56,243 bases of DNA. Source: an uncultured Gammaproteobacteria bacterium (GTDB taxonomy: Bacteria > Pseudomonadota > Gammaproteobacteria > Steroidobacterales > SZUA-146). The notes under the pieces are model-generated. The model ran no database searches. It was not told where the DNA came from and saw only the letters and a list, made by a program, of their open reading frames with translations. The first letter of the stretch is position 1. Each line of letters starts with the position of its first letter. Below, piece after piece: positions 10,236-20,329 of this stretch. Made by a program: the position numbers and the translations under genes. The stretch lies in contig CAWUKD010000005.1 of the NCBI GenBank assembly GCA_963922815.1, positions 1 through 56,243 on the forward strand, written 5' to 3'.

Positions 10236-10805
10236 ATGGTTTCTCTGCTAATAATTCTTGCCGTGTTTGGACTGATCTTTGCTTACGGCGCCGTGCTCTA
10301 TAACCATCTGGTGGCGCTGCGTGAAAACGTTAAGAAAAACTGGGCCAATATCGACGTACTGCTCAAGCAGCGACACGATGAACTCCCCAAGCTGGTGGAC
10401 ACCTGTAAGGAGTACATGGGCTACGAGCAGGAAACCCTGCGGCAGGTCATGGAAGCCCGAACGCGCGTTTCCCAGGCGCAGCAAAGCGGCGATGTCAATG
10501 CCGTCGGCAAAGCCGAAACCCAGCTGCGCATGGGTCTAGGAAGCCTGTTCGCGGTAGCTGAAGACTATCCGGACCTGAAGGCCAATGAATCCTTCCAGCA
10601 CCTGACCAAACGCATCAGTTCGCTCGAAGAATCCATCGCCGATCGCCGGGAGCTCTACAACGCGTCGGTCAACCTGAATAATATTCGGGTCGACCAGTTC
10701 CCCGATCTGCTGATCGCCCGGTTCTTTAATTTCGTGAAATCGGAGCTGCTGGAATTCAGTGACGAAGAAAAAGCCGACGTTGACGTAAAGTCGCTGTTCA
10801 ACTGA
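10236..10805 (+). CDS. lemA: LemA family protein
   Basis: N-terminal TM, WANIDVLLKQRHD.LP.LV, AEDYPDLKAN, R..YN..V...N..FP. Confidence 0.92.
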   Translation: MVSLLIILAVFGLIFAYGAVLYNHLVALRENVKKNWANIDVLLKQRHDELPKLVDTCKEYMGYEQETLRQVMEARTRVSQAQQSGDVNAVGKAETQLRMGLGSLFAVAEDYPDLKANESFQHLTKRISSLEESIADRRELYNASVNLNNIRVDQFPDLLIARFFNFVKSELLEFSDEEKADVDVKSLFN

Positions 10806-10845
10806 TTGTCATGCCAGGAGCTGTAAGCCAGCGCCTCGACACTCA

Positions 10846-11751
10846 ATGTCATTTATTGCCGACATAGGCCACACCATCGCGAGCGCGGAAACCCGCGGTT
10901 TCGTCATGATCACCGGCGGCATGCTGGCGTTTCTGGGCGCGTCGGTTTACGCGGCCTTTCGCTATCTGATTCGCGCCCGCACGCTGGAAGACGTGCCCAC
11001 GTCCAAGGCCCGTTCGGCCGAACAGGGGTACGTGGAACTCGAAGGCCGCGCCGAAATGCTTGACGGTCCGCCCGTGCAGTCGCCGCTGTCGCGGCGCGAA
11101 TGCGTCTGGTGGTCGTATTACGTCGAACGCTACAGCAACAACGACTGGGTGCGAGTCAAGAGCGAAACGAGTGACTCCCTGTTTGCGATTCGCGATGACA
11201 CCGGCATCTGCATTGTGGACCCAGAAGGGGCCGACGTGTACCCGGAACATTCACGCACGTGGAACGCCAATCAGGCGGCGAATCTGACCACGCTCGGCAC
11301 CTACAGCAGCTCAAACTACCGCTATCGCGAGTACTACCTCATGCCGCACGAACTGATTTGCGTGATCGGTGTGCACAAAACGTTTGCGGCCATCGACGAG
11401 TGGGACGACGCGCATGAACTGCGCCGCCTGCTGGCCGACTGGAAGAAAAATCAGGCCGAGCTGGTCAACCGGTTTGATCGTAACAATGACGGCGTACTCG
11501 ACCAGGAGGAATGGGAAATAGCGCGGGAAGAAGCCCGCAAGCAGCTGGCCGCAGAGAAACTCAGACATGCAACCACGCCCGGTGTTAATGTCATTGGCGC
11601 GCCTCCCGACCGGCGCCCGTTTTTAATCGCCCCCCTGCACAACATGGATTTTGCCAGGAAAATGCGCTGGAAAGCGCTCGGCTCTCTGGCCGCAGCTGTG
11701 CTGCTGGCGACAGCGCTCACTTATATCGCCACCCTGCGCTTCGGCAGCTGA
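10846..11751 (+). CDS. GIDE-domain-like membrane protein with EF-hand loop
   Basis: N- and C-terminal TM, EDVPTSK.RSA.QGYVEL.G, SPLS..ECVW, VDPEGA. Canonical EF loop DRNNDGVLDQEE. Confidence 0.65.
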   Translation: MSFIADIGHTIASAETRGFVMITGGMLAFLGASVYAAFRYLIRARTLEDVPTSKARSAEQGYVELEGRAEMLDGPPVQSPLSRRECVWWSYYVERYSNNDWVRVKSETSDSLFAIRDDTGICIVDPEGADVYPEHSRTWNANQAANLTTLGTYSSSNYRYREYYLMPHELICVIGVHKTFAAIDEWDDAHELRRLLADWKKNQAELVNRFDRNNDGVLDQEEWEIAREEARKQLAAEKLRHATTPGVNVIGAPPDRRPFLIAPLHNMDFARKMRWKALGSLAAAVLLATALTYIATLRFGS

Positions 11752-11758
11752 GGATTCA

Positions 11759-11992
11759 ATGAAAACCATTCAGATCACGCGTCAGCCGATAGAGCTGTAC
11801 AAACTGCTTAAAATCGAGAGCCTGGCCTCCAGTGGCGGAGAGGCCAAACAGATGATTGCCGATGGTCTGGTACAGGTAAACGGTGAACCCGAAAAGCGCA
11901 AGCGTCGCAAGATGGTCCACGGCGATCAGATCGAATTTGATCTCGAGCGTTATCAGGTGGTGTGCGAGGCGGACCCGCCAGCCAGCCCATGA
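11759..11992 (+). CDS. ybcJ: RNA-binding S4 domain protein (YbcJ/YaaA-like)
   Basis: IELYKLLK..LASSGGEAKQMIADGLVQVNGEPEKRKRRK. GAGG RBS. Confidence 0.85.
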   Translation: MKTIQITRQPIELYKLLKIESLASSGGEAKQMIADGLVQVNGEPEKRKRRKMVHGDQIEFDLERYQVVCEADPPASP

Positions 11993-12009
11993 GCACGTTC
12001 TGAACGCTG

Positions 12010-12579
12010 ATGGCTTCCACGACCCCGAGCAATAATGACGCGTCCGTCATCAACGCCGTCAAGCGCTGGCTCGACCAGTTTATTATTGAACTGAATTTGT
12101 GCCCGTTCGCCAATCGCGAGCGTGTTAACGACCGCATCCGGTTCTGCGTATCGACAGCAGGCCGGGATGACCGCCTGATTGACAGCCTTATCGACGAGCT
12201 ATGCTATCTGGATGCACATCCGGAGGTCGAAACCACGCTGCTGATTCACCCCGGCACTCTGACCCGGTTCGACGACTACAATCAGTTTCTGAACGACGTG
12301 GACGTGCTGCTGGAGTCTTTGAATCTCGACGGTATCTATCAGGTCGCCAGCTTTCATCCGGACTACCAGTTTGCCGGCACGGCTCCGGACGATGCCGAAA
12401 ACTACACCAATCGCTCACCGTATCCGATGCTGCACATTTTGCGAGAAGCCAGCGTCGCCAGCGCCATTGAACACCACCCGAATGCGGACGGCATCCCGGA
12501 CGCCAACATCACGACGCTTAACCGTATGGGCGGCGACAGCATCCGTGATCTCCTGCGCTCGATTAACCCGGACGTCTGA
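12010..12579 (+). CDS. DUF1415 family protein
   Basis: LNLCPFA, ETTLLIHP, QVASFHPDYQF, NYTNRSPYPMLHILRE. Confidence 0.9.
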   Translation: MASTTPSNNDASVINAVKRWLDQFIIELNLCPFANRERVNDRIRFCVSTAGRDDRLIDSLIDELCYLDAHPEVETTLLIHPGTLTRFDDYNQFLNDVDVLLESLNLDGIYQVASFHPDYQFAGTAPDDAENYTNRSPYPMLHILREASVASAIEHHPNADGIPDANITTLNRMGGDSIRDLLRSINPDV

Positions 12580-12619
12580 TCCGGGTACAAGCTAGCTATC
12601 TGTGGCCGCCGACCAGGCC

Positions 12620-14782
12620 CTACAGGTCGATCCCCAGCACATCAAACATAAAGGCGTACTTGCGGGCGTAGTCTTTCTGACGCGTAAAGCGCCCCGCCGA
12701 ACCGCGATGGCCCGCATTCATGTCGGTGTAGAAATACAGTTTGTTGCTGTCTGTCTTGGTGGCGCGCAGTTTGGCGACCCACTTGGCCGGCTCCCAGTAC
12801 TGAACCGCCGGATCCCAAAGCCCCGTGCTGACCAGAATATGCGGATAGTCCATGGCATTGACCTGGTCGTACGGCGAGTAAGACAGCATGTAGTCGTAAT
12901 ACTCTTTGTCCGTTGGATTACCCCATTCGTCAAACTCAAACGTGGTCAGGGGAATCGTCTCATCGAGCATGGTGGTAACAACATCAACAAACGGCACTTC
13001 GGTCAGCAGGATACGAAACGTGTCCGGCGCCATATTCGCCACCGCGCCGATTAACAGTCCGCCGGCGCTGCGGCCCGAACCGACCACCTTGTCCGGATGC
13101 GCCCAACCGCGTTTGACGAGGTCTTCGGCGACATCAATAAAATCGGTGAACGTGTTCTTCTTGTTCAGAAGCTTGCCGTCTTCGTACCAGTCCCGGCCTT
13201 TTTCCTGGCCACCGCGAATGTGCGCCAGCGCGAAGACAAACCCGCGGTCGATCAGGCTGATTCGGCGACTGCGAAAACCCGGTTCGTACGACGAGCCGTA
13301 CGAGCCGTAGCCCAGCAGATACATCGGATGCGACCCGTCAGGCTTCAGTCCCTTTTTATAGAGCAGCGACACAGGCACCGTGGTGCCGTCGCGCGCCACG
13401 GTATTTACACGCGCCGTTTCGTACTGGCTCGCGTCGAAGTCCTCGCCGGCAAACACCTGTTTACGAACGGTTTTTTGCCCGGTTTTGAAATCGTAATCAA
13501 TAATGGAATCCGGCGTCGCCATCGACTCGTAGCGGTAGCGGAAAAACGTCGCGTCCATATTGGGATTGCTGTCGATCGTGGCCGAATACGCGGCCTCATC
13601 CGAATCGATGACAAAAGGATCGCCGCCGTTTTCCGGCACAATCGTCAACGTGTTATTGCCTTCTATGGTTTGTTCCAGCACCAGATAGTCATCAAACACC
13701 TGAGCCCGACTCAGAAAGACCTCCGGATCACCCGGAATGACTTCCTGCCACGTACTTTTATCGCCCACGGTATCCAGGGTCGCCTTCATCAGGCGAAAAT
13801 TTTTCGCTTGCCAGTTCGTCACGATGAACACGTCGTCGCCACGGGTTTCGATCGAATACTCGTGGTTGTCCTCTCGCGGCAGCACCGTTTTAGCCACCGC
13901 AGTGGCGCTGTGCGCGTCGATCAGCTGCAGTTCGTTCGACAGCGTGCTGGAGGAAAACAGCTCGATATGGTTGCCGTCGCGCGTTCGCGACAGCCACAGA
14001 TAGTAGGTGCTGTCTTTTTCTTCAAACACTTTCTCGTCATTGGCCGGATCACTGCCAACGGTGTGCCGATACACCTGATAGGGAATCAGCGTTTCTTCCT
14101 GGAGACGAACGTAATACAGCGTCTGGTTGTCGCTGGCCCAGGCGGCCGCGCCCGAGACCATCGGTATCCGGGTGTCCAGCGTGTTTCCGCTTGCAAGGTT
14201 CTTTAGCCTCAGCACATATTCGCCCCGGCTCACGGTGTCTTCGGCGTACAGCAGCCATTTCCCGTTATCACTGACCTCCATGGTGCCAATGTCGTAGTAG
14301 TCAAACCCGGCGGCCAGCTCATTCACATCAAGAATGGTGTTGGCGTTTTCGCCGTTCAGATCACGTCGCTTGTAGACCGGGTAGTCGAGCCCTTCGCGGT
14401 ATTCCACCCAGTATTCGAACTGCCCGTAGCGTGCGGGCACGCTGGTGTCATCCGGCTTGATGCGTGCGGTCAGTTCGTCAAACAGCGCTTCCTGCATCGC
14501 GTCGGTATGCGCCATCTCGGCGGTAATGTAGGCGTTCTCGGCCTTCAGATAGTCGAGTACCTCCTGGTTTTCGCGCAGATCGTCGCGCAACCAGTAGTAA
14601 GGATCGACGCGGGTATGTCCATGCGTCGTAATGGCATGCGGCACAGTTTTGGCAACAGGCGGTGTATTCATGGATTTGGCGCTCACGTCCGGTAGACTCC
14701 CTGCGGGCTCATAGGTCGAACAGGCGGAGCCTCCGAACAGCAGCGTTCCAGTGAGTATCAGGCTGAATGACGCTATTCGCAT
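12620..14782 (-). CDS. ptrB: Oligopeptidase B (S9A), with lipoprotein-like signal
   Basis: RVDPYYWLRD, GYGSYG, HIRGG, GRSAGG nucleophile, VPFVDV, VQYWEPAKWVAKLR, AGH. Confidence 0.92.
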   Translation of the reverse strand: MRIASFSLILTGTLLFGGSACSTYEPAGSLPDVSAKSMNTPPVAKTVPHAITTHGHTRVDPYYWLRDDLRENQEVLDYLKAENAYITAEMAHTDAMQEALFDELTARIKPDDTSVPARYGQFEYWVEYREGLDYPVYKRRDLNGENANTILDVNELAAGFDYYDIGTMEVSDNGKWLLYAEDTVSRGEYVLRLKNLASGNTLDTRIPMVSGAAAWASDNQTLYYVRLQEETLIPYQVYRHTVGSDPANDEKVFEEKDSTYYLWLSRTRDGNHIELFSSSTLSNELQLIDAHSATAVAKTVLPREDNHEYSIETRGDDVFIVTNWQAKNFRLMKATLDTVGDKSTWQEVIPGDPEVFLSRAQVFDDYLVLEQTIEGNNTLTIVPENGGDPFVIDSDEAAYSATIDSNPNMDATFFRYRYESMATPDSIIDYDFKTGQKTVRKQVFAGEDFDASQYETARVNTVARDGTTVPVSLLYKKGLKPDGSHPMYLLGYGSYGSSYEPGFRSRRISLIDRGFVFALAHIRGGQEKGRDWYEDGKLLNKKNTFTDFIDVAEDLVKRGWAHPDKVVGSGRSAGGLLIGAVANMAPDTFRILLTEVPFVDVVTTMLDETIPLTTFEFDEWGNPTDKEYYDYMLSYSPYDQVNAMDYPHILVSTGLWDPAVQYWEPAKWVAKLRATKTDSNKLYFYTDMNAGHRGSAGRFTRQKDYARKYAFMFDVLGIDL

Positions 14783-14934
14783 GGCGGGTCCCCGTTGGGT
14801 TAATAAAAATGGTTTCTTGCCGCTAGTCTATCGTGCCAGACCTCTAAATGAGCGATTTTCGATCAGCTAGTCGCCGCCTGGCTTTTGCTTTACCATTTCG
14901 GCTGTCTCAATTAATGCATTCATACGGAAATTCT

Positions 14935-16968
14935 ATGCCTATCCAGTACGATACAACTGTCAGCCCGCTTTTGGACCTGGCCGACCTGCCCGACTTTACC
15001 GCCGTTAACGGACCCAACGCGGTGGCTGCCATCGACCACGTTCTTGCGCAGTCACGCGCTCTGATTGAGACTGTTCTCAGCCCCGACACTCCGCGCACGT
15101 TCGAAGACGTTGTCGAGCCGCTGGAGATCATGAGCCACCAATTTAGTCGCGTATGGTCGCCCGTTCGGCACGTCAACTCGGTCATGAGTAACGACGAACT
15201 ACGAGAGGCGCACAACGCCTGCCTCGAGAAACTCACGGCCTTCTGGTCGGAAGTGGGCCAGAATCAGGCGCTGTACCAGGCGTACAAGACCATCCGCGAT
15301 CACAACTCCCTGACGGCCGATCAACAGCGTCTGCTCGATCTTGCCATCATCGATTTTGAACTGGCGGGCGTCGGACTTGAAGAAAAGCAGCGCAAGCAGT
15401 TCACCGACATTCAGCTCAAACTGTCGGCCCTCAACGCCAAATTCGAAGAGCACGTACTCGATTGCGCCAACGCGTGGAGCTATCACACCGAATCTGAAGG
15501 AGCGCTCGCCGGCCTGCCGCAAAGCGCGCTGGCTCGCGGCGCCCAGGAAGCCAAAGACCGGGACCTGAAGGGCTGGTATTTCGGCCTCGACTTTCCGGCC
15601 TACCTCGCCGTGCTGTCTCACGCCGAAAACCGCGAATTGCGCGAAACCTTCTATAACGCCTGGGCAACACGCGCCTCCGACGCGGGCACTCACGACGCCA
15701 AATACGACAACACGCCGGTGATTGAAGAAATTCTGAGCCTGCGTCAGCAGCTCGCCGAAACGCTCGGATATGCCAACTATGCGGAATACTCGCTGGCGAA
15801 GAAAATGGCCACGTCCGGCGAGCAGGTCGTTACGTTTATTCGCGATCTCGCGCGTCGCAGCCACGGCGCCGCCAAAAAAGAGTTTGAACAGCTCAAGCAG
15901 TTTGCCGGCCGCGACCTCGATCCCTGGGATGTGTCCTTCTACGCGGAGCGTCTGAGAGAGGAACGCTTTGAAATTTCCGATGAAGCGCTGCGACCCTATT
16001 TCCCGCTGGAAAAAGCGCTCAAAGGCATGTTCAGGATCACCGGGGAAATTTTCGGCATTACCATTCGCGAAATTGCGGCCACCAACGTCTGGCATGACGA
16101 TGTACGCCTGTTCGAAGTGATCGGCAGCGACGGTCAGCGCGCCGGGCGGTTTTATACCGACCTGTTTGCCCGTGCCAAGAAGCGCGGTGGCGCCTGGATG
16201 GACGAGTGCATAGGCCACAATCGGATCGACGAGCCGGACAGCTCGGCGGTGGCCTTCCTGGTGTGTAATTTCATGCCACCCTCGGGCGACAAGCCGGCGC
16301 TGCTGACGCACAACGAAATCGTGACGCTGTTTCACGAGTTTGGGCACACGCTGCATTTACTGCTCAGCAAGGTCGCCTATCCTGGTATCGCCGGCATCAA
16401 TGGCGTTCCCTGGGACGCGGTTGAATTGCCCAGCCAGTTCCTTGAAAACTTTGCCTGGCAGCCCGACACGCTTGGGCTCATCAGCGGCCACTTTGAAACG
16501 GGCGAGCCTATGCCCGAAGAACTGTTCGCCAAACTATTGGGCACACGCACGTTCCACGCCGGCTTGCAGTCGGTAAGACAGCTTGAGTTTGCGCTGTTCG
16601 ACATGCGCCTGCACAAAGAGCAGCCGGCAGCCCACTACGAGCAAATACTGACCGAAGTACGCGATGAGGTGTCGGTTGTGCCGGTGTCGCCAAACAACCG
16701 GTTCGCCAACGCCTTTTCCCATATTTTTGCCGGTGGTTATGCGGCGGGTTACTACAGCTACAAATGGGCGGAAGTTCTGTCTGCTGACGCGTTCAGCGCG
16801 TTTGAAGACACCGGCATTCTCGATCAGCCAACCGGCGAACGCTTTCGCAGCTGCATTCTCGAAAAAGGCGGATCCGTGGATGCCATGGATGCCTTCAAGC
16901 GATTCCGCGGCCGCGAGCCAACGGTGGACGCGCTGATCCGGCACAACGGACTCGATCTCGCGTCATGA
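14935..16968 (+). CDS. prlC: Oligopeptidase A (M3)
   Basis: KRGGAWMD, TLFHEFGH, WDAVELPSQFLEN, HIFAGGYAAGYYSYKWAEVLSADAF, FRGREP. Confidence 0.93.
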   Translation: MPIQYDTTVSPLLDLADLPDFTAVNGPNAVAAIDHVLAQSRALIETVLSPDTPRTFEDVVEPLEIMSHQFSRVWSPVRHVNSVMSNDELREAHNACLEKLTAFWSEVGQNQALYQAYKTIRDHNSLTADQQRLLDLAIIDFELAGVGLEEKQRKQFTDIQLKLSALNAKFEEHVLDCANAWSYHTESEGALAGLPQSALARGAQEAKDRDLKGWYFGLDFPAYLAVLSHAENRELRETFYNAWATRASDAGTHDAKYDNTPVIEEILSLRQQLAETLGYANYAEYSLAKKMATSGEQVVTFIRDLARRSHGAAKKEFEQLKQFAGRDLDPWDVSFYAERLREERFEISDEALRPYFPLEKALKGMFRITGEIFGITIREIAATNVWHDDVRLFEVIGSDGQRAGRFYTDLFARAKKRGGAWMDECIGHNRIDEPDSSAVAFLVCNFMPPSGDKPALLTHNEIVTLFHEFGHTLHLLLSKVAYPGIAGINGVPWDAVELPSQFLENFAWQPDTLGLISGHFETGEPMPEELFAKLLGTRTFHAGLQSVRQLEFALFDMRLHKEQPAAHYEQILTEVRDEVSVVPVSPNNRFANAFSHIFAGGYAAGYYSYKWAEVLSADAFSAFEDTGILDQPTGERFRSCILEKGGSVDAMDAFKRFRGREPTVDALIRHNGLDLAS

Positions 16969-17756
16969 AAATAGCCAGCTGGAACGTAAATTCATTACGC
17001 GTCCGGCTGCCTCAGGTTCTCGACTGGCTAAACACGGCGAAAGTAGACGTGCTCGGTCTGCAGGAAACCAAAATGCAGGACGCGGACTTCCCGGTTGATG
17101 ACATCAACGCCGCAGGGTTCGATGTCGTGTACAGCGGTCAAAAAACCTACAACGGCGTTGCACTGCTCGCGAGGCGAGACACCGTCACCCGCCGCTTTGG
17201 CGCACCGCACTCGATCGTCACCGACTTACCGGACTTCGACGACCCGCAGCGCAGAGTGCTCATTGTGACGCTCGGAGAGCTGCGGATTGCCAACGTGTAC
17301 ATTCCCAACGGCGCATCGCCCGAGTCGGATAAATTCATCTACAAGCTGAACTGGCTGGAAAAGCTTCATCAGCACATCGGACAGGAGCTGTCGACTCACG
17401 ACAAGCTTGTCCTGATGGGCGACTTTAATATCGCGCCCGCGGATGAAGACGTTCATGATCCGGCCGCCTGGGAGGGTCACGTACTGGTCAGCCCGCCGGA
17501 GCGCGAAGCGTACGCCAACCTGCTGGCCCTGGGCCTGCACGATACGTTTCGCGAATTCGATCAGGAGCCGGCTCTTTTCAGCTGGTGGGACTACCGCGCG
17601 GCCGGGTTCCGGCGCAATCGCGGGGTTCGCATTGACCTGATCCTGGCCACCGAAACCATGACTCGTCAGCTGGTCGGCAGCCACATCGATAAAGTGCCCC
17701 GCGGCTGGGAAAGGCCGTCAGATCACGCTCCGATTGTGGCCGAGTTCACATTTTAG
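16965..17756 (+). CDS. xthA: Exodeoxyribonuclease III
   Basis: MKIASWNVNS, LQETK, YNGVA, GDFNIAP, FSWWDYR, RID, PSDHAP. ATGA overlap with prlC. Confidence 0.94.
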   Translation: MKIASWNVNSLRVRLPQVLDWLNTAKVDVLGLQETKMQDADFPVDDINAAGFDVVYSGQKTYNGVALLARRDTVTRRFGAPHSIVTDLPDFDDPQRRVLIVTLGELRIANVYIPNGASPESDKFIYKLNWLEKLHQHIGQELSTHDKLVLMGDFNIAPADEDVHDPAAWEGHVLVSPPEREAYANLLALGLHDTFREFDQEPALFSWWDYRAAGFRRNRGVRIDLILATETMTRQLVGSHIDKVPRGWERPSDHAPIVAEFTF

Positions 17757-17863
17757 AACTTTCGGACCAAAAACCGTCGAAAAAACAGGTATTTTTGTCG
17801 TTCCGCGCCTCGCGTTTCACCTTTAGATTTCCTAGACTTGGACGCTAACTCCGGAGATACCGT

Positions 17864-18865
17864 TTGGCCACACCCATCGATAGCGATTATGACGTCACAG
17901 GTAACGTTCAGGTTTCCAGTCCTGACCGCGTGCGCGACGCCGTGCTCGAGATTTTCGACGAGTGCTTTGAAGGCCAGGACCACTCGCGCATGGTGGTGGC
18001 ATTCGATATTTTCCGTCAGCTCTTCCAGGGCGAACTGCCGGGCTTCGCGGGCTGCGATACGATTTATCACGACATGCAGCACAGCCTCGATGTCACCCTG
18101 GCGATGGGACGCATTCTCGGCGGCCAGGAGCGAGCGGCTCCGGCCAGCGAAAAACTGGGCCACGAACTGTGCATGGTAGGCATTGTCGCCGCCCTGTTTC
18201 ACGACGCCGGCTACATTCGGCGAACCGAAGACGAGGATTTCGTCAACGGCGCGCAGTACACCAAGAGTCATGTGTCGCGCAGCGCCCAGTTTCTTGAGCA
18301 GTTCATGCCCATGTTTGGCATGACGGATCATATCGCCGACACCGTGCAGCTGGTGCACTACACCGGCTACGAAGTAGATTTGAATTCACTACGATTTTCC
18401 GACCCGCGCTACCGCATCATGGGCAAGCTGCTTGGCACCGCCGACCTCGCCGCCCAGATGGCCGACCGCTGCTACCTCGAAAAATGTCGCGACCGGCTGT
18501 ACTCCGAATTTGTACTCGGCGGTGTTGCCATTACCGAACAGAATGACGGCACGACCCGCATTGAGTACCAGTCGGGTGAAGACCTGCTCGAAAAGACGCC
18601 GATGTTTTACGAAAACGTGACCCGTGAACGACTGAAGGGTACGTACGACAATGTCATGCGCTTCTTTGGCGCCTGGTTCCCGGAAGGCGATCCCTACGCC
18701 GCCGGCATCGAAAAAAATCTCGGGTTTCTGAAAGACCTGCTCAAGAACAACGAGCTGGATCGGCTGCGGCGAACGCCTCCGGTCTTCACCGTTGAAGAAG
18801 ATACGCTGAGTGACACCCAGAAAATGGTGGCCCTGAAACTCAGCGAGCTCCCGCGAAAAACCTGA
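17864..18865 (+). CDS. HD-superfamily metal-dependent phosphohydrolase
   Basis: YHD..H..DV, ALFHDAGY, HV.RS, GTADL motifs. TTG start with GGAG RBS. Confidence 0.75.
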   Translation: MATPIDSDYDVTGNVQVSSPDRVRDAVLEIFDECFEGQDHSRMVVAFDIFRQLFQGELPGFAGCDTIYHDMQHSLDVTLAMGRILGGQERAAPASEKLGHELCMVGIVAALFHDAGYIRRTEDEDFVNGAQYTKSHVSRSAQFLEQFMPMFGMTDHIADTVQLVHYTGYEVDLNSLRFSDPRYRIMGKLLGTADLAAQMADRCYLEKCRDRLYSEFVLGGVAITEQNDGTTRIEYQSGEDLLEKTPMFYENVTRERLKGTYDNVMRFFGAWFPEGDPYAAGIEKNLGFLKDLLKNNELDRLRRTPPVFTVEEDTLSDTQKMVALKLSELPRKT

Positions 18866-19078
18866 GCGGCCCACTACGGTCCTCGCGCGAGCGGTATCGT
18901 CTCTCGATAATCCACGGACAATAGAACCGGCGATCGGCCGTCGCCCGATCAGCAACAACCCGGTCAATTCCTCTTTTGTCAGCACTGCCATACCCTTGGG
19001 TGCCGCGCTCCGCCATCGATCCAACATAACCTGTGCCCTAACTGGACCCGGTGACCACCGATCGTTTATAAATGTCAG

Positions 19079-20050
19079 ATGATTGATCGCCCGGGAAGCC
19101 ATACGCTGGCAAGGTGCCTTCAGGCTGTAGCAACAGCCTGTGCGCTACTGTGCATGACGCTGGCGGGCGCTGAGCCGCAGCAGGTGCAGGGTACGCGCGC
19201 CATACTGACCGCTCCCGACGGTTTCGGGCCCTCCGAGTACTTCCCGGGACTTCAGCACAATTCGGTAACCGCCGCGATTGTCGTCAATGAGATTCCGAAC
19301 TCATACCTGGAGTTTTCTCGTCAGTACAGCAATATCGGGCTTGAAAAAACCGGCATGACGCTGATTAGTCGCGAACACGTTGAAAAGGACGGTCTGTCCG
19401 GTCAGCTGATTCTCGTCAAACAGGACATGCGCGGCAAACGCTATGAGCGCTGGATTCTGGTCACCGGCGACACCAACGAAAGCGTCATGATCGCCGCATA
19501 CTATCCCGCCAACCTTCGTCATCAATTTCGCGAATCGCTCGAAAAAACGCTGCGTGATTCACTCTGGGATTCGTCGCGCGAGCTCGATCATTACGACGGC
19601 CTTGGTTTTCGCATCGACGACGTGCCCAGCCTTCGCGTTGTCACGCGCATGAGCAACAGTCTGATTTTTACGGAAACCGGACGCCTGCCCGATCTTTACT
19701 ACACCGACGCGCTGCTGATGATGTCACTGCGACCCGTGCCGGAGGGCGTGACCCTGGAAGAGAGCTTTGCTCTTGAACAGTTTGAGCGCATAACCCTGCT
19801 ACAGGAACATGATCTGGACGTCATTCAGAGCAAGACCATTGCCGGAAAACCGGGCATCGTTGTTGAAGGCAAAGGTCGCCATCGTCACCTCGGATACGAT
19901 GTTGCGGTCATGCAAATCATCATAGAAACAGAGTCGGGCTTCTTCGTCGCCCAGGGATTTACCAAACTTGACGACATGGAAAACGACTTTGACGTATTCC
20001 GGGCCACCATCGGTTCGTTCAGACTGGAAAACGCCAAAGATCCCACCTGA
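19079..20050 (+). CDS. Hypothetical exported protein with two similar halves
   Basis: 323-aa ORF with hydrophobic N-terminal signal. Halves share 'DGLSGQLI' / 'AGKPGIVV'-type patterns. Start uncertain. Confidence 0.65.
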   Translation: MIDRPGSHTLARCLQAVATACALLCMTLAGAEPQQVQGTRAILTAPDGFGPSEYFPGLQHNSVTAAIVVNEIPNSYLEFSRQYSNIGLEKTGMTLISREHVEKDGLSGQLILVKQDMRGKRYERWILVTGDTNESVMIAAYYPANLRHQFRESLEKTLRDSLWDSSRELDHYDGLGFRIDDVPSLRVVTRMSNSLIFTETGRLPDLYYTDALLMMSLRPVPEGVTLEESFALEQFERITLLQEHDLDVIQSKTIAGKPGIVVEGKGRHRHLGYDVAVMQIIIETESGFFVAQGFTKLDDMENDFDVFRATIGSFRLENAKDPT

Positions 20051-20329
20051 TTCACCGGCCTGCCTGCCATACCATTTGGCCTGCGTCCTGCCACCCCGTT
20101 TGTTTCCGTTTCATCTGACTACTGCCCGCTGGCGGCGGCGTTGTCATGGACATTGATATTCGTGGTCGTGAACACCTGCTGGTCACGCTCCTTCGCAAGG
20201 TTGGTTTAACGTCACTGATTTCTGAGTGAATCAGACAGTAATGCGAGTGTTGGGATCGTTACAGTCACGCTAGAGTTATCGCTCGACAAACACTGTACTC
20301 ACACTACTGACCCACGGAAGGAGTCTTCA

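Noticed and set aside
13097-16356. Long antisense ORFs (369 aa, 385 aa) over ptrB and prlC
   Set aside because: Fully opposite well-supported genes, with shadow-like composition.
20215-20234. CTGATT-N8-AATCAG inverted repeat and a TGAATCAGA shared with the region upstream of the second CTERM gene
   Set aside because: Too short to distinguish from chance, and no convincing sigma54 -24/-12 element was found before either gene.
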